NCBI GenBank assembly: GCA_016207245.1 | Contig: JACQQA010000009.1 | Location: 9,165-73,164 of the forward strand | Reading direction: 5' to 3' | DNA length: 64,000 nt | From: Candidatus Magasanikiibacteriota bacterium | GTDB taxonomy: Bacteria > Patescibacteriota > Patescibacteriia > Magasanikbacterales > UBA922 | Shown here: piece by piece, positions 43,068 to 50,795 of the stretch | Position numbering within the stretch: position 1 is the first letter of the stretch | Layout of the letters: every line of letters begins with the position of its first letter | Made by a program: the position numbers and the translations under genes | The notes under the pieces: generated by a model | The model's input: only the letters and a program-made list of their open reading frames with translations | What the model was told of the DNA's origin: nothing | Databases searched by the model: none

Positions 43068-44192
43068 ATGAAGTTTATTTGCACCAAAGAAAACTTGTCT
43101 TATTCGTTGGATTTGGTTAGCGGGGTGGCGGGAAGGCATGCAAGCCTGCCCATCCTATCGAACATCCTTGTGCAGGCCGAGACGTCCGGCGTCAGGTTGG
43201 TGTCCACAAACCTTGAGATGGCCACAAAAGCGAACCTGCGCGCCAAAGTTGATGAAACAGGGTCTTTCACTGTGCCGGCAAAAACATTAACCGACTTTGT
43301 GCATCTTTTGCCGGACGAACAAGTGGAGATTTCTCTACAAGAGAACGAGCTGTCTATAAAATGCGGAAACTCTTCCACAAAAATAAAAGGCGCGCCAGCG
43401 GATGAATATCCGGTAGTGCCGGAAATTGAAGAACAACACGCGTACGCGATAAACGCGGACAAGTTTAAGGACGCGCTGTCTCGCGTGGTTTTTGCCAGCG
43501 CGAAAAACGAGATCAGGCCGGAGCTTTCCGGTGTTTATTTTGGTTTGTTTACGGAGAGACACGCAGGAATGATACTGGCGGCGACAGACTCTTTTCGTTT
43601 GGCGGAAAAGAAGCTTGAAGTTGAACAAGGAAGCGATGAGGCGCGGGCGATTGTTCCAGCCAGAACCGCTTATGAAATGTCGCGGCTGGTTTCTTTGGCA
43701 AAGAACAAACAGGGAGAAGCGCAGATTAGGTTGTGGCTGAGCGACGGGCAGATTGCCATGCGCTACGATGATTTTGAGGTTAGTTCTCGTTTGGTTGAGG
43801 GGAAGTATCCAGATTACGCGCAGATTATTCCGACAAAAACAAAAACCACCGCGAGTTTTCCTGTGGGCGTTATGGTAAACAAAATAAAAGCCGCGAGTTT
43901 GTTTACCGCCACGGGCGTAAACGCGGTTTCGTTTGATTTAAACGCGGGGCAAGGAACAATCGGACTGTCTTCCACCAGCACACAAACCGGCGAACACTCA
44001 TCGGAAATAGAATCCGAAGTGGTTGGCGAGGAAAACTCAATTTTATTAAACCACCGCTATGTTTTGGATGGCTTACAAAATCTTAACAACGAAGACGGCG
44101 AGCTTGGGGTGAACAGCAGCGACACACCCTGTGTGTTTAAAGCAAAAAGCAAAGACGATTATGTTTATGTGGTGATGCCGATTAGGCAGTAA
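43068..44192 (+). CDS. dnaN: DNA polymerase III beta sliding clamp
   Basis: Full-length DnaN-like, 374 aa, directly after dnaA. Confidence 0.96.
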   Translation: MKFICTKENLSYSLDLVSGVAGRHASLPILSNILVQAETSGVRLVSTNLEMATKANLRAKVDETGSFTVPAKTLTDFVHLLPDEQVEISLQENELSIKCGNSSTKIKGAPADEYPVVPEIEEQHAYAINADKFKDALSRVVFASAKNEIRPELSGVYFGLFTERHAGMILAATDSFRLAEKKLEVEQGSDEARAIVPARTAYEMSRLVSLAKNKQGEAQIRLWLSDGQIAMRYDDFEVSSRLVEGKYPDYAQIIPTKTKTTASFPVGVMVNKIKAASLFTATGVNAVSFDLNAGQGTIGLSSTSTQTGEHSSEIESEVVGEENSILLNHRYVLDGLQNLNNEDGELGVNSSDTPCVFKAKSKDDYVYVVMPIRQ

Positions 44193-44216
44193 TTGGGGGA
44201 GGGAGGAGAGGTGGGA

Positions 44217-44717
44217 TTAGGGCAGAGAGACAATTGACATGCGAAGGTCTTCCGCCATAGCCAATTCTTTCGCGCAGCCGGTAGATCCAGGGAGATCTTC
44301 CTTGAAGTGGTAGAGTGTCGCGCCTCTTTTGCTAAGCGCCACAATCACCCACACCCAAAAGACCATGTGCTCGGTTGGTCCCCAATGGGTCGACGGCATT
44401 TTGTCGGCGGCAGGATTGATCGTGTTTGAAGGAAGGTGTTTTGCGCGCCACTTACCGAGCAGGATGTTTTTTTGGTACGTCCAGCCAAGAGTGCCGTTGT
44501 CACCAATACGAGTGGACAAGTAGTGTTCAGCCGACAAGAGTTTGCGCAGGAAACAGCAGACTTCTCTTGGACTAAGCATGATTCCAAGAATGAAAGCGGC
44601 CGGACGGAACGGACGATAGCCGTTCGTGGTGCGGAGCTTCAGAATTTCGTAGCGGCGCAGAAGATGAAGCGTGGTGCGGATAGTGTGGGGGGAGAACAGC
44701 GCCAGATACCTCTGCAT
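44217..44717 (-). CDS. GC-rich island 5: 166-aa hypothetical protein
   Basis: GAGGAGG SD 5 nt before the ATG at 44717. MQRYLALFSPHTIRTTLHLLRRYEILKL...; no family recognised. Confidence 0.5.
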   Translation of the reverse strand: MQRYLALFSPHTIRTTLHLLRRYEILKLRTTNGYRPFRPAAFILGIMLSPREVCCFLRKLLSAEHYLSTRIGDNGTLGWTYQKNILLGKWRAKHLPSNTINPAADKMPSTHWGPTEHMVFWVWVIVALSKRGATLYHFKEDLPGSTGCAKELAMAEDLRMSIVSLP

Positions 44718-44784
44718 CACAGCCTCCTCTCTGTGTGTGTTGAGAACCTCTCCGTTATTGATAAAAAGAACCAAATGAATTTTA

Positions 44785-47763
44785 TCAGATAACATTTATT
44801 TCCACAACATCGCTTTTGGTTTTATCCCCAGTCTTTGTCTCCGGTTCCGCGATTAGACTCCAAGCGCCTGTTTCCGGCGCGGAATTCCAGGTAAAAATAA
44901 TTTGATTATTAAAAAGATTTGAAAAGTCTGATATTGTTGCGAGAATAGTTTTTTCTCCGCCGGGTTTTTGTTGATAAATTATTACCTCTTTAATTTGTTC
45001 TAATTTAAACGGCTCCAGCGCGAACTGAATCGGAAAATTGTTTTGCGAAACAGTTTTATTTTTTTCCACCCACGAAACACTCGGCGGCTCCTCTCCGGCC
45101 TGCAAAGTAAAATTTATTGTCTGTTCGGTTTTGTTGCCAATATCATCTTCAACTAAAACCAACAGTGTGTGCGCGCCCGGCTCTAACCACTTAGCATAGT
45201 AATTTAAATTAAATGGGCTGGTTTTTATCACACCAACATAGCGATCCTCAATTTTGTAAGTTACCCGACTCACTCCGCGTGGAGCGCGGAAAATAAAATT
45301 GGTGTCAATTTGGCGAGAGTATAATATTGCTCCGTCGGTTGGAAAAACAAATTCTATTGTCGGCGCCAGTTCCGCGGAATGTTCGCTGTCATATTCTGTT
45401 GGCGGGTCGGCAAAACTTATCTGCCAGTCCGGATTTTTTTCTTTGGTCCTTTTTATCCAGTCTTGAATCGCGTTTTCCCAGATTTGATATTGCGGGTCAT
45501 CGGCGGGGTTTTCCGGCGCCGGTCCGCGCGGGTCGTCTTTATTCACGTAATGCAAAATGGAATGCGCCGGCAAGTAAGAACGCTGAACAATATATTTTTC
45601 CGGTGTTGAGCTGGAAGCGATTTTGCCGGTCAGTTTATCAATTGACAAGGTGATCGCGCCGTTGGTTGAGCCGCGTAAAATCGGCTTCTGCGCGTCGTTT
45701 GGCGGCGGTTCCGGAAAAACCTCCACCGGCGAATTTTTTAACGCCTCGCGCATAAATTTGTTCCAAATAACGCCGGCTACTTTGCTGCCGCCATACCCCT
45801 GCTTCATTTGGGTATTATCCGTATTACCGGCCCACACGCCGGCGACAAAGCTTGGGGTATATCCGATTGTCCACGCGTCAACATAATTATTCGTGGTGCC
45901 GGTTTTTGCCGCCACCGGCCGATCAGGCAAAGTTAAAGTTCCGCCGGCGCCGAACATATAAGCCCGCGCCGCGTCATCGCTTAAAACATTGGAAATCGTC
46001 GCGGTGATTTTTTCATCCAAAACTTTTTCGCCTTTGGTTTTTTTCCATTCAAACAAAGTGTCGCCGGCGCTGTCTTCCACGCGCAAAATGCTAACCGACT
46101 CAAACTTATTTCCGTTATCAGCAAAAACAGAATAAGCGCGAACATGATCAAGTAATTTTATTTCTCCGCCGCCCAGCACGAGAGTTAAACCAAACTCGCC
46201 GTCGCTTAAAGTCGTATAACCCATTCTTTTGGCAAACTCCACAGACTTATCCTGCCCGACCAAATACATAGTCTGCACCGCCGGAATATTCAGCGAGCCC
46301 TGCAATGCCTGCCGCATACTCACCGGTCCGCGCTCTTTGGAATCATAATCAACCGGCTGGTAAGGTTTTCCGGAAACCGCGAAATTAGTCAACACATCAA
46401 AAAGCACCGTATCCGGAGTGTAGCCTTTTTCAAATGCCGCGGCGTAAATAATCGGTTTGAAAGACGAACCCGGCTGGCGCTTGCCCAAGGTCGCGACATT
46501 AAATTGGCCATCAATGGTTTCATCAAAAAAATCTCGCGAGCCGATCATTGATAAAATTTGCCCATTTTTTGGATCCATTGCCACCAGCGCGGCATTGTTC
46601 GCGCCGGCTTCCAGCAAACTTTTTTCATTTTCTTTTATCGCCAGTTCAGCGGCCTGTTGTTTTTCCCAATCTAATGTGGTAATTACTTTCAAACCGCCGG
46701 TGTCAACCAACTGTTCGCCGAACAAACCCACCAGCTGTCCTTTAACATAAAGCACAAAATGCGGAGCCTGTATATTTTCAATTTTCTGCTTGATTTTCAG
46801 CGGCTCGGCCTGCGCCGTGTCAGCTTCGGCGCGCGAAAGATAGCCTTCGGCGACCATTCTTTCCAAAACAAAATCGCGCCGATTTTTTAATTTATCCGGG
46901 TCGTTTAAATAGAGCGATGGCGCTTTCGGCAGACCGGCGAGCGTCGCGGCCTCGGCGAGCGTTACGTCAGAAACATGTTTGCCAAAATAACTTTGCGCGG
47001 CGGACTCAACACCATAATTGGTTGATCCGTAAGGAATTTCGTTAAAATAAATTTTCAGAATCTGCTCTTTGGTATATTTTTGTTCCAAACGGACGGATAA
47101 AATAATTTCTTTGATTTTGCGGGTAATTTTTCTTTCATTGGTCAGCACCGCGTTTTTCACCAACTGTTGCGTCAAAGTTGATGTGCCGCCAATGCGCTTG
47201 CTGGTGAACACGCCATAGAAAATCGCGCGCAACATGCTTAGGGGCCGGATGCCCTTGTGTTGGAAAAATTCCGTGTCTTCTGTCGCGATTACACCGTTGA
47301 CTAGATATTGCGGAACCTGATCAAGCTCAACCAGAGTTCTTTTTTCCTGCGAGTAAACCTCATAAAGCAAATGCTCGCCGGTGCGGTCAAAAATTTTTGT
47401 GCTTTGCGCCACCTTGCGGTCCGTCAGTTTATCAGGATCCGGCAGGTCTCGGCTGGCCCAGGCAACCATAATGGTACCAGCCAGAAAGATAAATATAAGC
47501 CCAACCAGTGTCAGCCAACAGGCTTTTTTCCAGAGATATTTTTTTGTTTGCGGGTTTGGTTTGGGCAGTTTTTTCCAAACCCAAAACAAGGTTTTTAAGA
47601 CAAAAAAGGCAATAATCATGGGCGACAAAAGGAGCTTGATAATAAATTTTTGCCGTCTTGTCCAGCCACCGCGGTTTTGCGCGTATACGCGAGTTTTGGG
47701 CTCAATCGGATTGGTTTTGCCGGTATAACCGTAAGTCCGGCGATAGTTATCCCCATTGCTCAT
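44785..47763 (-). CDS. Class A penicillin-binding protein (glycosyltransferase + transpeptidase) with a long C-terminal Ig-like extension
   Basis: EDTEFFQHKGI (GT51), SSFKP (SxxK), KTGTT motifs, 992 aa. Confidence 0.93.
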   Translation of the reverse strand: MSNGDNYRRTYGYTGKTNPIEPKTRVYAQNRGGWTRRQKFIIKLLLSPMIIAFFVLKTLFWVWKKLPKPNPQTKKYLWKKACWLTLVGLIFIFLAGTIMVAWASRDLPDPDKLTDRKVAQSTKIFDRTGEHLLYEVYSQEKRTLVELDQVPQYLVNGVIATEDTEFFQHKGIRPLSMLRAIFYGVFTSKRIGGTSTLTQQLVKNAVLTNERKITRKIKEIILSVRLEQKYTKEQILKIYFNEIPYGSTNYGVESAAQSYFGKHVSDVTLAEAATLAGLPKAPSLYLNDPDKLKNRRDFVLERMVAEGYLSRAEADTAQAEPLKIKQKIENIQAPHFVLYVKGQLVGLFGEQLVDTGGLKVITTLDWEKQQAAELAIKENEKSLLEAGANNAALVAMDPKNGQILSMIGSRDFFDETIDGQFNVATLGKRQPGSSFKPIIYAAAFEKGYTPDTVLFDVLTNFAVSGKPYQPVDYDSKERGPVSMRQALQGSLNIPAVQTMYLVGQDKSVEFAKRMGYTTLSDGEFGLTLVLGGGEIKLLDHVRAYSVFADNGNKFESVSILRVEDSAGDTLFEWKKTKGEKVLDEKITATISNVLSDDAARAYMFGAGGTLTLPDRPVAAKTGTTNNYVDAWTIGYTPSFVAGVWAGNTDNTQMKQGYGGSKVAGVIWNKFMREALKNSPVEVFPEPPPNDAQKPILRGSTNGAITLSIDKLTGKIASSSTPEKYIVQRSYLPAHSILHYVNKDDPRGPAPENPADDPQYQIWENAIQDWIKRTKEKNPDWQISFADPPTEYDSEHSAELAPTIEFVFPTDGAILYSRQIDTNFIFRAPRGVSRVTYKIEDRYVGVIKTSPFNLNYYAKWLEPGAHTLLVLVEDDIGNKTEQTINFTLQAGEEPPSVSWVEKNKTVSQNNFPIQFALEPFKLEQIKEVIIYQQKPGGEKTILATISDFSNLFNNQIIFTWNSAPETGAWSLIAEPETKTGDKTKSDVVEINVI

Positions 47764-47862
47764 ATTTGGCTTATTTAAGCTGGTTTTTTGTTAGTTTGAC
47801 CAATGTAAATATTATATCACACTATTGACAAAAGCGCATTTTTATGATATAATGTCGCGGTT

Positions 47863-48369
47863 ATGAGTTTACTTAACAAAAGTCAAAAAATTTGGGTAAA
47901 AAGAACTGTCGCCATATTGGCCATAATCAGTTTTATTGTGTCTGCCGGCAGGCCGCAGATGGCCGAAGCCGTGTCTTTGGCCGACTTGTTTAGTTTGGAT
48001 TTTGTAAACGCGGTTGAGCCATCTGAATTGCCAACCTCTTCTGACCGCGAGCCGGTAAGGATGGTTTGGGTGGTAGTAACGGCCTATTCCAGCACTTCTG
48101 ACCAAACTGACAACACACCTTGCATTGCCGCCAAAGGTTTTGATTTGTGCAAAGCGCATGCGGAATTCGGCGAGGGCAACACGATCGCCGCCAACTTTTT
48201 GCCGATAAACAAACAAATTAAACTGCCGGAACTGTTCGGCGACAAAACTTTCGTGGTTCGCGACCGCATGAACGAACGCTACGGCAACGGCCGGATTGAT
48301 GTCTGGATGCCGACGCGGGAAATGGCGAAAGAGTTTGGGGTGAAGAGGGTGAAGATGGAGATTTATTAA
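47863..48369 (+). CDS. 3D-domain (MltA/YuiC-like) cell-wall protein
   Basis: VVVTAYSSTSDQTDNTPCIAA...VVRDRMNERYGNGRIDVWM. Confidence 0.8.
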   Translation: MSLLNKSQKIWVKRTVAILAIISFIVSAGRPQMAEAVSLADLFSLDFVNAVEPSELPTSSDREPVRMVWVVVTAYSSTSDQTDNTPCIAAKGFDLCKAHAEFGEGNTIAANFLPINKQIKLPELFGDKTFVVRDRMNERYGNGRIDVWMPTREMAKEFGVKRVKMEIY

Positions 48370-48370
48370 T

Positions 48371-48400
48371 CAGAATGCAAAATTCAGATAACAGAATACA
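48371..48400. repeat. P1 element, isolated left arm
   Basis: cagaatgcaaaattcagataacagaataca. Confidence 0.65.
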
Positions 48401-48404
48401 TACG

Positions 48405-48430
48405 AAACCCGCCGATGAGGCGGGTTTTAG
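48405..48430 (+). terminator. Rho-independent terminator
   Basis: AAACCCGCC-GATGA-GGCGGGTTT followed by TAGTTT. Confidence 0.7.
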
Positions 48431-48434
48431 TTTG

Positions 48435-48506
48435 AGGTACCGGCGAGAATTGCACTCGCGCATAGAGGTTTTGCAGACCTCTGCCTTACTGCTTGGCTAC
48501 GGTACC
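48435..48506 (-). tRNA. tRNA-Cys (anticodon GCA)
   Basis: Hand-folded: acceptor GGTACCG/CGGTACC, anticodon stem GAGGT/ACCTC with loop CTGCAAA, T arm GCGAG-TGCAATT-CTCGC. Confidence 0.8.
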
Positions 48507-48556
48507 GCGAATGTGGATATTCTAACATTTTTTTCAAATTAGTCAACCGGCAGCCG

Positions 48557-48660
48557 CAGAAATCAGAAGACAGATAACAGGATACATTTTTGTGAACGAT
48601 TTTTATCACTGTCGTCAATTCGCTGCATTTTGTTATCTGTATTCTGAATTCTGACATCTG
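48557..48660. repeat. P1 palindromic element, alpha core
   Basis: Arms cagaaatcagaagacagataacaggataca / tgcattttgttatctgtattctgaattctg. The core is near-identical to the copy at 39947-39983. Confidence 0.8.
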
Positions 48661-48662
48661 TC

Positions 48663-48691
48663 TTGACTTTTTTTTCGCCAACAAATATAAT
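48663..48691 (+). promoter_or_regulatory. Promoter TTGACT-N17-TATAAT for island 6
   Basis: Counted by hand. Confidence 0.6.
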
Positions 48692-48893
48692 TAACCCCAT
48701 CGTCTCGGCGAACCGAGGCAGACACAGCTCGTATGCGACGGGTTGCCGCATTTCGCGGTCTTTTCTCTACCTTGGCTGTCGTATTAAGGAGGACGGCAGA
48801 CGAATTTGGTGAATCCAAGGAATGAGACAAGAGCGTCTGGTTTGGCGAGTCGGACAGTGACAACACTGGTTCTCAACCAACAGAAAGGACAAG
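48692..48893 (+). promoter_or_regulatory. ~200-nt GC-rich structured 5' leader (candidate cis-regulatory RNA)
   Basis: Hand-paired stems GTCT-CGG-CGAA-CCG...AGAC, ATGCG...CGCAT, and CCTTGG...CCAAGG enclosing CTGTCGT-ATTAAGGAGG-ACGGCAG. Confidence 0.4.
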
Positions 48894-49325
48894 ATGAAGA
48901 AGATTCTCGGAATTGCAGCGGTTCTGCTCCTTTGTGGGGCGACCGCCTCTGCCAAGGCGACCGGTGTCGGTCCGCCTTCCAACGCGCGGGACTGTATCAG
49001 TATATGCTTCGGCGACATGGCGATCGGCGTGCAGGTCAATGGCGACCAGGCAGCCGACATCGGCGTGATCTTCAACGACACCGCGATCTTCATGGGCGCG
49101 ACTGACGGCGGCTTACAAGAGTACCTGCACGTCATACACATCGCGGCGACACAGCTCGAGGCCAACTCTGGCTCGGCAACGGGGGTGGACCTCCTGGGCG
49201 CCGGGAAGATTGACGCGGCCTTCTTCATGAGCGAGGATGAGGCGCAGCCTGTGTCCACGGCTGTCATTCACTCTCCGCCACCCGACCCCAACACCGGATT
49301 CCGTGGCATCACCAGCGTCGGCTGA
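48894..49325 (+). CDS. GC-rich island 6: secreted 143-aa hypothetical protein
   Basis: Signal peptide MKKILGIAAVLLLCGATASA. No family recognised. Followed by GGGAGGGC...GCCCTCCC and a CGCCC...GGGCG + T6 terminator. Confidence 0.55.
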   Translation: MKKILGIAAVLLLCGATASAKATGVGPPSNARDCISICFGDMAIGVQVNGDQAADIGVIFNDTAIFMGATDGGLQEYLHVIHIAATQLEANSGSATGVDLLGAGKIDAAFFMSEDEAQPVSTAVIHSPPPDPNTGFRGITSVG

Positions 49326-49580
49326 ACTGCTGCGTATCCTCGGGGGCGGTCGCCTCCGCTGTTCTTTCACACACCACGGGAGGGCTGAACAGACATGCTC
49401 TGACTTCGCCCTCCCAAACTCCCATAAAATCAAACCCGCCCCAAGCTTGCCGAAGGGCGTTTTTTATTTCGCCGACTTCCAACCATTCGTTGTTAATTGT
49501 TAGTTGCTCATTGCTAATTGTATTGTTAAGATGTAAAATTGTTTTAGTTAACAAGCAGGCTGTATGGTAATAATTCGTGT

Positions 49581-49613
49581 CCCCTCCCCTATGAGGGGAG
49601 GGTGAGGGTGGGG
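49581..49613. repeat. G/C hairpin CCCCTCCCC-TATG-AGGGGAGGG plus G4-type tract
   Basis: GGGG-A-GGG-TGA-GGG-T-GGGG on the plus strand. Left flank of the DUF559 gene. Confidence 0.6.
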
Positions 49614-49636
49614 TTTTCAAAGCACAATTTTTAATT

Positions 49637-50038
49637 ATGAAATTTGTTCCTTACTCAAACCAGAAAGAATACAAAAGTTTGCGAGTCGCTCTGAGAAAAA
49701 CACAGACGGATGCTGAAGAATTATTATGGGCATACTTGAGGAACAAGAGAGCAGGCTTTAAATTTCGCAGACAGCACGGGATTGGTAATTATATTGTTGA
49801 TTTTTATTGCCACCGCTCAAAAGTAATAATTGAGATAGACGGTTTTGTGCATGAAGATGACGGTGTGTTTGAAAAAGACAAAATTAGACAAGGTGAGCTT
49901 GAAAGATTGGGTTTTAAAGTTTTACGTTACACCAATAAGCAAGTTTATAAAAATTTAAGAGGTGTCTGGTATCACATAATTGAAGAGTGTAAACAGAGAT
50001 GTGGGCCATTAACCCCCTCCCGAACCTCCCCCTCATAG
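49637..50038 (+). CDS. DUF559 (Vsr-like endonuclease fold) protein
   Basis: TDAEELLWAYLRNKRAGFKFRRQHGIGNYIVDFYC...IEIDG...LRYTN is typical of DUF559. Confidence 0.8.
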   Translation: MKFVPYSNQKEYKSLRVALRKTQTDAEELLWAYLRNKRAGFKFRRQHGIGNYIVDFYCHRSKVIIEIDGFVHEDDGVFEKDKIRQGELERLGFKVLRYTNKQVYKNLRGVWYHIIEECKQRCGPLTPSRTSPS

Positions 50039-50046
50039 GGGGAGGG
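50025..50046. repeat. G/C hairpin CCTCCCCCT-CAT-AGGGGGAGG (right flank of the DUF559 gene)
   Basis: Paired by hand. Same type as the element at 49581-49602. Confidence 0.6.
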
Positions 50047-50061
50047 ACTGTGTCCGACCGT

Positions 50062-50748
50062 ATGAATCAAAAAAAATTTGTCATTATTGACGGCAACGCC
50101 ATCATCCATCGCGCTTACCACGCCTTGCCGCCGATGACGGTCAAGGGCACGATGGTGAACGCGGTGTATGGCTTCACATCAATGCTGTTGAAAGTGATTA
50201 AAGATTTAAAACCGGATTATTTGGCCGTTAGTTTTGATGTGGCGGGCGGAACTTTTCGCGATAAAGTTTTTGACGGTTATAAAGCCAAGCGCGTGAAAGC
50301 GGACCAAGAATTATATGATCAAATTCCGCTCGTGCATAAAGTTGTTGAGGCATTTGGTTTGCCGATTTTGAAAAAAGAAGGTTTTGAAGCTGACGACGTC
50401 ATTGCCACTGTTGTGGCTAAAATTAAAAATGAAAAAATCAAAATGAAAAATGTTGTAGTGAGTGGCGATATGGACTTACTACAACTCGTTGACGATGACA
50501 CGAGCGTTTACGCGTTAAGAAAGGGCATGAGCGATATTGTGATGTATGACGCGGAAGAAGTCCAAAAGAAATATGGTTTTGGGCCGGAGCATATTGTTGA
50601 TTACAAGTCTTTGCGCGGGGATCCGTCGGATAATATTCCGGGCGTGCCGGGGATTGGGGAGAAGACGGCGACGGAGTTGATACAGAAAGTTGGAGGGATT
50701 TATGAGATTTACAAACAAATCCGAAATCCGAAATCAAAAATCTACTGA
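50062..50748 (+). CDS. polA: DNA polymerase I, 5'-3' exonuclease (FEN) portion; the frame ends inside a heptamer repeat
   Basis: MNQKKFVIIDGNAIIHRAYHALPP...GIGEKTATELI. Stop at 50746 directly after the AAATCCG repeats. Confidence 0.9.
   Translation: MNQKKFVIIDGNAIIHRAYHALPPMTVKGTMVNAVYGFTSMLLKVIKDLKPDYLAVSFDVAGGTFRDKVFDGYKAKRVKADQELYDQIPLVHKVVEAFGLPILKKEGFEADDVIATVVAKIKNEKIKMKNVVVSGDMDLLQLVDDDTSVYALRKGMSDIVMYDAEEVQKKYGFGPEHIVDYKSLRGDPSDNIPGVPGIGEKTATELIQKVGGIYEIYKQIRNPKSKIY
50717..50744. repeat. Heptamer tandem repeat AAATCCG AAATCCG AAATCAA AAATCTA at the polA frame break
   Basis: Read directly. Removing the first two units (14 nt) fuses both polA frames. Confidence 0.85.
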
Positions 50749-50795
50749 GCGAAAATATTATAAGAAAACTTACTGACGGGGAGGAGAGCGCGAGG

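Noticed and set aside
48767-49267. 166-aa minus-strand ORF, and 49113-49433 and 49309-49620 on the minus strand.
   Set aside because: They are open only because island 6 is GC-rich. The plus-strand ORF has an SD, a signal peptide and a promoter. The antisense frames have none.
50706-50795. Treating polA simply as two naturally separate genes (FEN plus Klenow-like), as occurs in some bacteria.
   Set aside because: This is not fully rejected. However, about 30 in-frame codons upstream of the second ATG encode Pol I linker-like sequence. The break also coincides exactly with a 2x7-nt repeat whose removal fuses the frames. It is therefore reported as a finding instead.
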